Origin: Octopus sinensis
Taxonomy: Eukaryota
Length of the DNA stretch: 64,000 nt
Reading direction: 5' to 3'
Assembly: GCF_006345805.1 (NCBI RefSeq)
Contig: NC_043002.1
Span: 51,522,001 to 51,586,000, forward strand
Shown: positions 1-11,364 of the stretch, in pieces
How positions within the stretch are numbered: the first letter of the stretch is position 1
Layout: each line of letters starts with the position of its first letter
Made by a program: the position numbers and the translations under genes
Notes under the pieces: generated by a model
What the model was told of the DNA's origin: nothing
Database searches by the model: none
What the model saw: the letters and a program-made list of their open reading frames with translations, nothing else

Positions 1-244
1 TCTTTAGACCTTTTTCAGAGACATAAGGTACACAAGTGAGGCGAAATAGAATACTATAGTGAGTTATCAGTTAATCAAATCTTAAAATTTTCGTGAAATT
101 TGAATCTGTTATTCACGTGAAGTTACTGTGAGTAGAAATCAGCATCGGGGCATTTGTTGTGAATTTGGAGTATTTAGCTGTTGATGAGAAGTGTAGCTAT
201 AGTACAAAACTATTTTTTATATATATATAGTTTGTATCTAATAA

Positions 245-520
245 CTAATTGAAACAGATCAGACAACGCAAGTCTAGATTGGGGTTGTGTATGGATGATA
301 TTAGTGTGCGAAAGATTAAGGTGGAATGAATGATGTTATCATCTGCATTAGAGCTGGTGTACTTAGAAATGACAGTGGGAATGTTATTAATGTACAGAGA
401 GAAGAATGTAGTATATGTAACTGAACTACAAGACACATCAGTGTTGTTATAGAATGTGATACGAGTTGTTCTAGTACGATTCATAGTAAACTTCAAGAAT
501 TGTGATCAGCATAAATGCGT
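245..520 (-). mobile_element. Decayed LINE reverse-transcriptase remnant (CR1/Jockey/I-like); element probably spans ~1-960
   Basis: Minus frame reads TFFSLYINNIP...SSNADDNIIHST, a degenerate 'LF.LYINDLP...YADD' RT motif pair; similar decayed sequence at ~23340-23680. Confidence 0.55.
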
Positions 521-979
521 CTAAATTCACTAATGTATTTGTCATGTTAGAAACGATCAAAGTCTTTACAGTCAATTGCAACGCAACAGCATTAATTTCG
601 CAAATAATCTCAAAGGCGAGACACCACTTGGCGTATGATATTAGATTCGTTGTTAATCTGATCCTACAGAAACTGTACTAAATGTCATTGAGGAGTGAAA
701 GAGATTCAAAGTGGTGAAGAGAATGGGTGCTTTCAGATATCAGTGGGAACAGTATATAGCAATAAGAGGACTAGATACATTGTCACGTTTCTCTGTAAGA
801 GAAATAGATTTTAAGTGTTTTCTCGGAATAGAAAATATCTTATAAGAGCACTAATTGAAGATTGTGGAAGGAATAATGTAGTCTTCTAAGTTTGGAGTGA
901 GTGGAGAAGTTATCGTACTTCTGACTCTATGATGAGATTAGTGTAGAGTAAGGGAAATAAAAACAAGTTGAATAAGTTT

Positions 980-1313
980 GTGAAGATGCGTGGCTCAGTG
1001 GTTAGAGTGTCGGGCTCACAATCTTGAAGTAGTGAACTCGATTGCCGGGCCGGGCTGAGTGTTGTGTTCTTGAGCAAGACACTTTATTTCACGTTGCCCC
1101 AGTTCACTCAGTTGTAGAAATGAGCTGCGACACCACTGGCGCCAAGCTGTATTGGTCCTTGATTTTCCCTTGGATAACATCGGTGGCGTGGAGAGGGAAG
1201 GCTTGTATGCATGGACGATTGCTGGTCTTCCAAAAACAACTTCGCCCGGACATGTGCCTCAGAGGGGAACTTTTTAGGCTCAATCCCATGGTCATTCATG
1301 ACTAAATGGGGTC
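980..1313 (+). mobile_element. tRNA-derived SINE, family C
   Basis: tRNA-like head (tggctcagtggttagagtg, A-box-like) followed by ttcttgagcaagacactttatttcacgttgc; related copies at ~3950-4110(+), 13255-13460(-), 26630-26965(-), 43030-43270(-), 56740-56905(-). Confidence 0.75.
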
Positions 1314-2177
1314 CCTTTCTCTCTTTTTTTTCTTCTTTTGTTAAGTTTGTAGTATGTAGTGTACGTTTCATTAGTGTCACTTTAGCTTAAGCTAAAGAAA
1401 CACTGATGGTGAGACCGGAATAGATGATGTATCCGTCTGGTCTCAGATACTATATTCAGTTGCAATGGTATTCTACCACCTACGATAACGACTATATGTC
1501 GCGCAAATAAATCATACACGAGCGCGCGTATGATCCAAGATTCCTTGTACACTGAAAAAAAAAATGGTCATGACTGGAGTTAAAAACAATAGCAATCATA
1601 TAGAAAGATTTTAAGCGATTTCCTGACATCTTTCTTCTTATTTTTGCTTTTCTTCGAGCATTTATTTAAAGCCTTAAAACACTGCAAGGGTTTTCTCCCT
1701 TAGATTAGAAATAATGTAGGGTTATTTCCCTTTGATTATTTTTTAAGCCGTAAGAAGTGGTAATTATGATTTCGTTTTACTGAGTTGACGTGACGCAATC
1801 AGATTTGTGAATATTCAGCCTTAGAAAACTCTAATCAATACTCGTTTGGGTGAACTCTCAAAGCAGCTGTTCCACAGAAGTCGGAACTTCTCCGTTTTTG
1901 TTGGGTCTTTTGGGGGATTTTTCTAAATAATTTAATATCATACATTTCAAAATAATGGGTAGGGAGAGTCAATAAAATAAATAAATAGATACACAAACAA
2001 ATAAGTAAATAAATAACCCATGTCTTTCAAACTTCTCTCATCCACTTCTCACACCTCCCATTGTGCCTTCAAAACAATAGCCACCGCTAAAATAATTTTT
2101 CCTGACTATAATTTTTCGTCATTTTATTGCATTTCCCATTCTGAAACACTTGTAATTCGGTTTGTCTTTTTTTTTTT

Positions 2178-2381
2178 TCACTTTTACTTGTTTCAGTCAT
2201 TTGACTGCGGCCATGCTGGAGCACCGCCTTTAATCGAGCAACTCGACCCCGGGACTTATTCTTTGTAAGCCCAGTACTTATTCTATCGGTCTCTTTTTTG
2301 CCGAACCGCTAAGTGACGGGGACGTAAACACACCAGCATCGGTTGTCAAGTGATGCTAGGGGGACAAACACAGACACACAA

Positions 2382-2424
<43 letters not shown>

Positions 2425-2589
2425 CGACAGGCTTCTTTCAGTTTCCGTCTACCAAATCCACTCACAAGGCATTGGTCGGCCCGGGGCTATAGCAGAAGAC
2501 ACTTGCCCAAGATGCCACGCAGTGGGACTGAACCCGGAACCATGTGGTTGGTTAGCAAGCTACTTACCACACAGCCATTCCTGCGCCTA
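2178..2589 (-). mobile_element. tRNA-headed SINE, family A (young copy; internal (TA)n/(TG)n spacer)
   Basis: Reverse complement of ggcgcaggagtggctgtgtggtaagtagc...gaaactgaaagaagcc + microsatellite + tail ending gactgaaacaagtaaaag; near-identical to 30669-31068 and 42583-43010. Confidence 0.9.
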
Positions 2590-3296
2590 TTTTTATTTTT
2601 TAATTGTTAGCATTACCATGTAAACACATTTCAGTGTGTTAAACAGTATTAAAATTTACAAGTGATTAATTAATTTAGAAGGAAATAAACTCAGTTTAGC
2701 TGACATCGCAGTGATTTCAGTATTTTCTGGAACACATTACAACTGTGAAACCATTAATGAATGGATACTGAGAGCCAATAATCAGAGGCGGCCTCACCTG
2801 CAAGCATATTTCATCCAAATTCTACAAATTCGCAGGCAAATATTTCTATATATGCTCATATACACATACTGTGTATACAAATATGGGTGTCTTATAGAGT
2901 TTTATATTAAAGCTAGAGATTATTACGCAAGTATTATAATGTATCAGCTTGTGTAAAAGAAATTATTCCCCTGAGTACTATATAGCATTACACAGTCCAT
3001 TATGATATGGCCCATAACCAAGCTCAAGTGCAAAGCAGAATCTGTTTGAGAAAATTCAAAGAAAATTCAAAGAATTTGCAGCACTTGTAACATAAAGCTG
3101 TGATCAAAAGTAACATTAACGATTGCAGATGCAAGAGTGGCTAGAACTTAAGGTTAGTTCATAGCATCATAAGCATTTGCCGAATGGGTTGTAAAGGTAA
3201 AACTAGAATATTCTGTTCTGAATTTAAAATTCCAAATAGAATACTGGAAAGCCTTAATGAGGAGAAACAGTATTCAAATCAGGAAATGTCTATATA

Positions 3297-3297
<1 letters not shown>

Positions 3298-3390
<93 letters not shown>
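3298..3390. repeat. (TG)n microsatellite
   Basis: About 90 bp of uninterrupted TG. Confidence 0.98.
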
Positions 3391-3391
<1 letters not shown>

Positions 3392-3799
3392 TAGAAGAAT
3401 AAAAATCGTATATCTCTATCAAAATTTAAGAAAACAAAGTAATTTATATAAAGCTTGCTGATAATCAGGAAGGCCAGTGCTAACAAAGGCTCAATATGGC
3501 TACTTTTGCTGAAAGATAAATTTACCGTATTTAATTGTATATGAAACTTTTTGGGAGACTTTTAACCATTATACACACGAATTAGCTGTTACTTATTTCC
3601 CTGTTTGAAATAGGTTGGATGACGTCACTGAAAGTCAGTTATATGTTTGGCCCAGCTAACTGAAGATTAAAAAGAGTTTAAATTATTATGATAAAGTTAC
3701 ATTTTTCTTTGATACTGAAAATACATTAAACATGCCACCACGCATTTTGCCCAGCGTGCTAACGATTCACCACCTTATTCATACATACTAATATTACAC

Positions 3800-3945
3800 A
3801 TCCATCAGAGCCGCTTACCTCATTTCTTCCCAGCATATCCTCTGCATTCAATGCCCATGTTTCACTACCACAAAACAATTCACTTGGTACACGCGCATCA
3901 TATCATGTCTCATGCTCAGAAGAGAATCCCTTTGTTGCTGTGTTA
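3800..3945 (-). mobile_element. Short decayed RTE LINE fragment
   Basis: Minus strand gives ATKGFS...YDARV...GSETWALNAEDM, homologous to ATKGLS...YDACV...GNETWAVTAEDM in the RTE ORF at 39804-41697. Confidence 0.7.
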
Positions 3946-5108
3946 GAGAGTGGAGGCGCATGACTTAGTGGTTAGAGTGTTGGACTCATGATCGCAAAAT
4001 TGTGGTTTCGTTTCCTGGACTGGGTAACGCTAAGTGTTTTTTAAGCAAAGCACTTCATTTCACATTGCTCCAGTCCACTCAGCTGGCAAAAATGAGTAAT
4101 CTTGCAACGGGTGGGGAATATATACGGTATGACTCGAGAAAGTAACTTTTACCTTTATTTTTCTGTTAGAGAGGATGTTAAAACTTAAGTGTATCTCCAC
4201 ACTTTATCAGTTTGTATTCAGGGCAACTGCTCTCCGAGACGTTTAGCTTTTGCTGTAGCTTCTTCAACCAAATTTTGAAGCAGAGTTACTGCTCTGTTCA
4301 TCATGTTGCCTTCGTTACAGCTTGCAGAGTCCGTGTTTCCACCCTTATGCAGATCTCCCTTCCTCTTGTTGGTTGACAGAGCATCCAGCATCCTAGCCAA
4401 GCCACCTTCTGCAGCTATGGAACTACATCTCTCTATAATGTTGCAGAAAATCTTTGCAGTGTGGAAGCAGGATAAGGGGATATAAAGAAAACTGGGAGAC
4501 TTGTTTGGAGTGTCTAAACTCCTAGAATGGTCACAATTCAGGTACTACTGTGGTGTTAAGTCTCTTTCCAGAAGTAGAGAGGCCAGAATATTTAGTTAAA
4601 AGCTGGTTGGAACTGTTGTAGTTTTCCAGGAGTATACCTAAGAGTGTTGGGCTGTAAATGAGGCTGCCTCTATGGTGCTAGGCAGTGAAGTTAGCTAGCA
4701 AGATTAACGAAGGGGCTTCATCGATTTCAGGATAGTTTGAGAAATGATGAATCATACAAGTTCAAGATAGGAGATCAGAATAACTATTCATGTGATTAAA
4801 CATATCTGCACAGCATCCTACAGAGAATATGCATACAATTTCTTGTATTTGAGAAACCGCCTTCATGTCAATAATAAAGTAAATATTTTAGAAATATTGA
4901 ATTTCTAAATGTCTCAAAGAGACATGAGCGGTGGTGGAGCGATAGAGTGGTTGTATACTGTCAACATAACGCGACAGTCCCGTAAGGGAATTACACCACC
5001 GCTGTTTAGCTCTAGGAAGCATCAACGCTTCCTGTCGGCTTTGACACATTTCCTGTGTCCTTATATTTGCGAAGGGGAGGCAAGCACCCCCACCAGCTAG
5101 GATTCACA

Positions 5109-5154
5109 CCTGAAGACATGTATGTTTCTGGGTCTTATCCGTCATCAGTCCAGG
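5109..5154 (-). ncRNA. Type I hammerhead ribozyme-like motif (stem II degenerate)
   Basis: Reverse complement = CCUGGA-CUGAUGA-CGGAUAAGACCCA-GAAA-CAUACAUG-UC-UUCAGG: intact core, 6-bp stem I, 3-bp stem III, GUC cleavage triplet. Confidence 0.6.
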
Positions 5155-6735
5155 ATAGTGAGACCTGCTAATTGAGATGCCTGTCTAGCCTTCGAAAATA
5201 CATATATTTAAAGTAAATATTGATTTCTCACAAAAGCACAAGGTCAGAGAACTGACAGCTAATTATGTCTATATCAGTATTTGGTTAGTAGTTGTTTCTT
5301 TGACCCTGGAAGGTAAAGTTGTGCCAGGCGAGACTTGAATTCAGAATGTAAAGGGCCGCAACTAAACACCGCAAAGTATTTTGCCCGTTGCTCTAACGAT
5401 TCTGCTAATCCACCAACCCAAATAAAAATAAAATAAATAAGTGTTTAAACTGGCCAAATCCGGCCCAATATATTCTACATGTTTTATATTCAAACTGGCG
5501 ATATCTAGCTTCTCACACCTAACCTACAATTCCATTCTAAAAATAAACAATCACATCATTGAAACCTCAAAGCTGTAAGATAATCCAGGATTAATGCAAA
5601 ACAATTTGAGTGAAAAAGTATTACATTTAACAGAGTAATCTGAACACTAAAGGGTTAATGATATCATCGTGTAAATATTAATAAATTGGTAATCTAACTA
5701 TGAGGTTAATAATCCAATTGATTGTAATCATATTAGCAAGTCCTCACCGTTGTAGTGCATCTGTGCACTGTATATAATAAGTTCATTATTATACAAATAT
5801 TTAATCAAAATTTTGTCGAGTTACAGGGCATAAAGGATATAAATTTGTTATGTAGACAAAAATCCTGAGTTCTCATCTGAAAATATGCGGGCAAGACTTT
5901 GTATGGGGAGAGCTCAATATTTTCTGGTAAACTTTATTTACTAAAACACAATAAAGAAATATAATCACAAGGTTACACAAGATATTTTCTATCAACCCCA
6001 ACAATGATAATATTATATTTTGGGACGGTCATTTTTTGTTTTTTGCCATGTAAACACACGCACTATATATTTGTTCTTCCCTCGTTTATTACTGATCTTA
6101 TCTTAAGTCATGTCCATTGTCCGGAAATCTTTCGTCACACATCTCTGACCTCTTCAGTGACACTTTCCGTCCTCGTGTGTGCTCCTGCTCCGCTTAGTCC
6201 ATTATGTTCTTCTATGATGTGTATGTATCCTTATATGCGCATGTGTTTGCGCCTGTAGTAGTGCGTGTGTGCGTGGTGGGGGGGTCGTACGCATGTCTAT
6301 GTGTTTACTATGTGTGTATATATGGAGTTCTTTTAATTACCGTCTACCAAATCTACCCACAAGGCTTTGGTCGACCCGAGGCTATAAAGACACTTGCCCA
6401 AGGTGCCACGCAGCGGGACTGAACCTGGAACCATGTGGTTGGGAAGCAAGCTTCTTACCATTCAGCCACGCCTGTGCCTATATGTGTGTGGGTATGTGTG
6501 TACATATTCATGTTTGTGTTTGCCCCCCACTATTCCTCACCATAACTTGACAACCGATGCTGGTGTGTTTACATCGCCGTAACTTAGCCGTTCGGCAAAA
6601 GAAAACCGATAGGATAAGTACTAGGCATAGAAAGACTAAGTCCTGCGGTCGATTTGTTCAACTAAAATCCCTTAAATTGCTGCTCCCGCATGGCCGCAGT
6701 CAAATCATTGAAACAAGTAAAAAGAATAGATATAT

Positions 6736-7125
6736 AGGCGCAGGAATGGCTGTGTGGTAAGTAGCTTGCCTACCAACCACATGGTTCGGGGTTCAGCCCC
6801 ACTGCGTAGCACCTTGGGCAACTGTCTTCTACCAAAGCCTTGTGAGTGGATTTGGTAGACGGAAACTAAAAGAAGCCCGCCGTATATATGTATATATATA
6901 TATATGTGTGTGTGTGTTTGTGTGTCTGTGTTTGTCCCCCCTCCCCCAAACATTGCTTGACAACCGATGCTGGTGTGTTTACGTCCCCGTAACTTAGCGG
7001 TTCGGCAAAAGAGACTGATAGAATAAGTCCTAGGCTTACAAAGAATAAGTCCTGGGGTCGATTTGCTCGACTAAAGGCGGTGCTCCAGCATGGCCGCAGT
7101 CACATGACTGAAAAAAGTAAAAGAG
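6736..7125 (+). mobile_element. SINE family A, full-length copy
   Basis: taggcgcaggaatggctgtgtggtaag head, (TA)(TG) spacer, tail to gactgaaaaaagtaaaagag. Confidence 0.9.
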
Positions 7126-7215
7126 TAATAGATCATGATTACTTATACACTCTATATTTTGTATCACCTTTAATACGGCAGTCATTCTCGCAAACGACTA
7201 TTAAAAATAAGCGTA

Positions 7216-7288
7216 CGCCCACAGAGGGACTTGAACCCGCGACCCTCAGATTAAAAGTCTGATGCTCTACCGACTGAGCTATGCGGGC
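7216..7288 (-). tRNA. tRNA-Lys, anticodon UUU
   Basis: 73-nt reverse complement GCCCGCATAGCTCAGTCGGTAGAGCATCAGAC-TTT-TAATCTGAGGGTCGCGGGTTCAAGTCCCTCTGTGGGCG; 7-bp acceptor stem (one G-U), A/B boxes, Pol III T5 terminator at 7203-7207; one T-stem mismatch. Confidence 0.9.
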
Positions 7289-8189
7289 GGACATACTATC
7301 GCATACAAATATATATATATATAGATAGATAATGATAACGACCACAGCGACGCACGTAGGTGAATATTAGTACTTTTGTTTTAGTTTTGTATCATAAAAC
7401 TTAATATTTTATAAAGAAATTAGAGCTCGACAAAATAGCCACCAGACTCCCTCAAACGGCGCACTACTATCATTAAAAATGGGTTCATTAGAATAATATT
7501 GTATACTGGTAGCGGCTACTAAGACAGGATACTTTACTACAGCTAGGCTTACAATTGATCACAGATTTGTTCGATCAATGCTGATAGAAAAACAACGAAT
7601 ACCGGTGTCTATGGTTTTTGCAATGTCGTGAAAATCGGCTTTATTTTAAGAGATTAGAAATATAAAACTTGATCCGAATATCTTTTTACACAGTTTACAA
7701 GTATATGAATTATTATAAAATTAATTAATAAAAAATAATTAAGAAAGCAATAATCATGGAAACTACAACATACAAATCAGATTTTATTTCAAGTCATGAT
7801 TTCTGTTCCGTATATATATATTTCTGTTTACACCGGAAGTAGAATTTCGGTGTCAACTGAAGTAGCTCAAATTATTTCTCCGATGATTCTTTTTTTGTTT
7901 TTTTGGACATAAATTACATGGTTATTTATATTTGACCCCAAACGAACAAACTTCATTTACAACGAAGGATGTAGTTGATTACATCTAACCCCTATTCCTT
8001 GACTAGTACTTTATTATCGACTCCGGAAAGATGAGAGACAAAGTTTGCCTCGGCACTATTTGAACTCAGAACATAGAGGATTTTAACTAAATACTGCTGG
8101 AATTTTGACCGATGCATTATCGATTCCGCGAATCCACTCCTTTAAAAACTGAAGGACCTTCCAAAGGGAGTGTGAAGTTGTTACAAAAA

Positions 8190-8530
8190 ATGAGGATCTT
8201 TTCGGTTTGAACGGCAGTTTTTTAAAATAATTTCCACGTAACTAAACACTATTAAACTTCGTATACTGATAGAATGTGTTTATAAAACATTTTTTTCTCT
8301 TGGCTTTATTGAGAAAATTCTATAGTTTTTAAGATATTTGTTGTTGTTTTTCTGCAATTTCAACCAATCAATGACGTCTATTGAGGTGAAAACATTGTGC
8401 CGTATGAATATGTCCCTCGTTTAAGAAACAGATTGGGTTTATTTACATTTGTGAAGAAAAAAAGATACTCTTCCCCCCCCACCCCTAACCCTAACCCTAA
8501 CCCTAAAACAGATTGAAATGCAATAGATCG
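8190..8530. repeat. Unclassified interspersed repeat containing (CCCTAA)3
   Basis: cccctaaccctaaccctaaccctaa at ~8483-8506 inside a non-coding, repeat-like block; family not determined. Confidence 0.4.
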
Positions 8531-8947
8531 GATCCAAAAATGATGATATTAGTTGGTTTGGGAAGTCAGAACGATATCAAGAGAATTTGGTATGTTAGTC
8601 AGTGATATGAGTGTGAGGATATTAAGTAGTGCATGCTGTGAAAGTAAAGAGAATTTCATTCATTGAATTCACTAAGAATGACTTCCGTTATGATTTGGAA
8701 AATTGGGTGTTTGTTTGGCACCTTTATCAATATTCATTGTTTTTATCTCTCGAGGCATTTTTAAACGGTGTTCGGAGTGGGGAGAGGGAGTCACAATTTT
8801 AACGAGGCAAGAAAAGTCACATTTTATTTAAATATTGCAAGCTATCAAAGTTATGAAGCAAAAATATTTTGGATCAATTATTAAATAACAATGCATGACT
8901 TGTACACAATTTACATATGATAGTATTACACAATGTGATGAAAAAAG

Positions 8948-9470
8948 TACCGTAAATCCTCGAGTATAGTCCGCCCTTGAGTATATAATACGCAGGGGAT
9001 TTTGGCGGGGGGGGGGGCTGTACCTCTGAAAAACCTAAACCTTGTGTATAATACGCACCCCTTCTCTAACTTGAGTCAAGGAGGTCTATATACCATCCTT
9101 GGTTTGTGAAAATGTATACGGTAACGTCCTTTATTATTATTGTATATATAACATAATGCAAACGTGTAGCTTTTTTGTGCATTTTGTTTGCAGAAAATAA
9201 AGAAATAACAGTAATAAAGTTTAATAAATGTTGCTTACTGCAAGTTATGGATGATTCTTTTATGACTTCATTGCTTTCAGGCTTAGCTTAAGGTATTTTC
9301 GCGCCCGACATCACAAAATGTGTCTGAATAAACATTGCCAGACAGCAAATAGAGACTCGGACATTGCTTGGAAAATAATTTTCATTTTAAACCTCGTATA
9401 TAGTACGCACTAGGGATTTTGACCTTTAAATTGGGTGGGGGGTGCGGATTATACTCGAGGATTTACGGTA
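8948..9470. mobile_element. Tc1/mariner-pogo-type MITE
   Basis: Perfect 21-bp terminal inverted repeat taccgtaaatcctcgagtata / tatactcgaggatttacggta including TA at both ends; no ORF. Confidence 0.85.
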
Positions 9471-10259
9471 ACTTTTATTGAATTTCTTAAGCAAAATAAG
9501 ATGAAACAAAAATTAACTCAGTCATTTATTCATTTCTACTCTAGGCACAAGGCCTGAAATTTTGGGGGAGGGGCCAATCGATTAGATTGACCCCAGTACG
9601 CAACGTAACACATACAGATTGGAATCACTTTACATAGCATCGTGACATTACATGCATAATCAGTATTTTTAACACTGAGGACTAAGACGCATATTCCAGC
9701 CAACATCGCGAAGAAAATCTGCCTGTCTTTTAGTTCTGTCGAGCAACAACTCAAGTTATGAAGGCGTTCTTATAACTTCGCATAGGGTAAAAATTCTTTT
9801 TTTTTTTTTTGTCCTGGATTCTTTTTAACAACCTCCAGTAATAGTGAGATGGAGCGTAATGTAGGGACACTGCTATCTTAAAGTAGCCATGAATGATGGT
9901 GTGCTGTTCATTGTAAGGATATATCTGAACAAATTGTTATCTACACTCAACAATTTTAATTATCTGCTGAGTGAAAACGCTATAGATTTTGCTTGGTCAT
10001 TTAAGAGCGAGATGACTTAGTTGTTTGTGGCGAAATGAATCTTAGCCATTCCATCTCGTTGCTTGACATTTTTCCAAACAAATTAGTTCGTCATCTGTCG
10101 CCACGCTGTTAATAAAAATATTTGTTAATCACGGATGTACCTTCATAAATTGTTCAAAGTGAAAGTCTTTTTTTTTAAAGTCTGTATTGCGTAGCATGAA
10201 ATCGCTGCAAATCTTTTTTCTGTTTAACGCATATTTAGTTTCATATTTGTATCTTTCAT

Positions 10260-10466
10260 CTTTTACTTGTTTCAGTCATTAGACTGCGGTCATGCAGAGG
10301 GCACCCCTTGAATTTTTAGTCGAATGAATCGACCCAAGCACTTATTTTTTAAGTCTTATTCTATCGGACTCTTTTGCCGAACTGTTAAGTTATGGGGACG
10401 TAAATACACCAGCACCAGTTGTCAAGCGGTGATGGGGGGACAAACACACATAGATACACACACACA

Positions 10467-10514
<48 letters not shown>

Positions 10515-10950
10515 GACACACTTCTTTCAGTTTCCGTCTACCAGATCCACCCACAAGGCTTTGGTCGGCCCGATGCTACAGTAGTAGACACTTGCCCAAG
10601 GTGTCACGTAGTAGGACTGGACCTGGAAACATCCATGGAACCTTGGGCAAGTGCTTTCTACTATAGCCTGGGGTCGACCAAAGCCTTGTGAGTGGATTTG
10701 GTAGACGGAAACTGAAAGAAGCCCGTCGTATACATATATATGTATGTTTGTGTATCTGTGTTTGTTCCCCCCCAACATCGCTTGACAACCAATGCTGGTG
10801 TGCTTACGTCCCCTTAACTTATCGGTTCGGCAAAAGAGAACGATAGCACAAGTACTAAGCTTACAAAGAACAAGTCGTGGGGTCGATTTGCTCGATTAGA
10901 GGCGGTGCTCCAGCATGGCCGCAATCAAATGACTGAAACAATTAAAAGAA
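10260..10950. mobile_element. Two family-A SINE bodies in inverted (head-to-head) orientation
   Basis: Minus copy 10260-10602 and plus copy 10640-10950, both lacking most of the tRNA head, separated by ~37 nt. Confidence 0.85.
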
Positions 10951-11364
10951 TAAAAGAATGAAGAAACTACATTATGTACAATATCAATGATAACTCTAAT
11001 ATGAAAACGAACATGGCTATAAAACCCATTAATAAATGTATAAATACTAAACGACCGATGACTAAAATTAACAAATTATATAAAGTAAATTACTTGCACT
11101 GGTTTATGGCTTGTGACTAATAGAATGGGGTATCGCGTGACTTACAGACTTTTCTGAAAACGATTATCAATGACAAGTATATTATTATAAACGTATTTAG
11201 AAACTGGTTCACGGACTCGAGTTCTTCTTGAGATTTCCTTCATTCTGTGTCTGTCTAAAAAAGTTTGCGTCATCAGCCGACGCCCTGTAAGCAATACGAA
11301 AAAAAAAATCTATATCATGACTATGGAAATTTTCCCAATTGTACCTTCTGCAAGAGCATGTAGT

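Noticed and set aside
2350-2610. Recurrent ORFs such as RQASFSFRLPNPLTRHWSARGYSRRHLPK
   Set aside because: Translations of the family-A SINE, not a gene family.
7830-7845. CCGGAAGT ETS-like motif and a CRE-like tgacgtga at ~1786 as promoters
   Set aside because: Short motifs with no associated transcript or exon that I can demonstrate.
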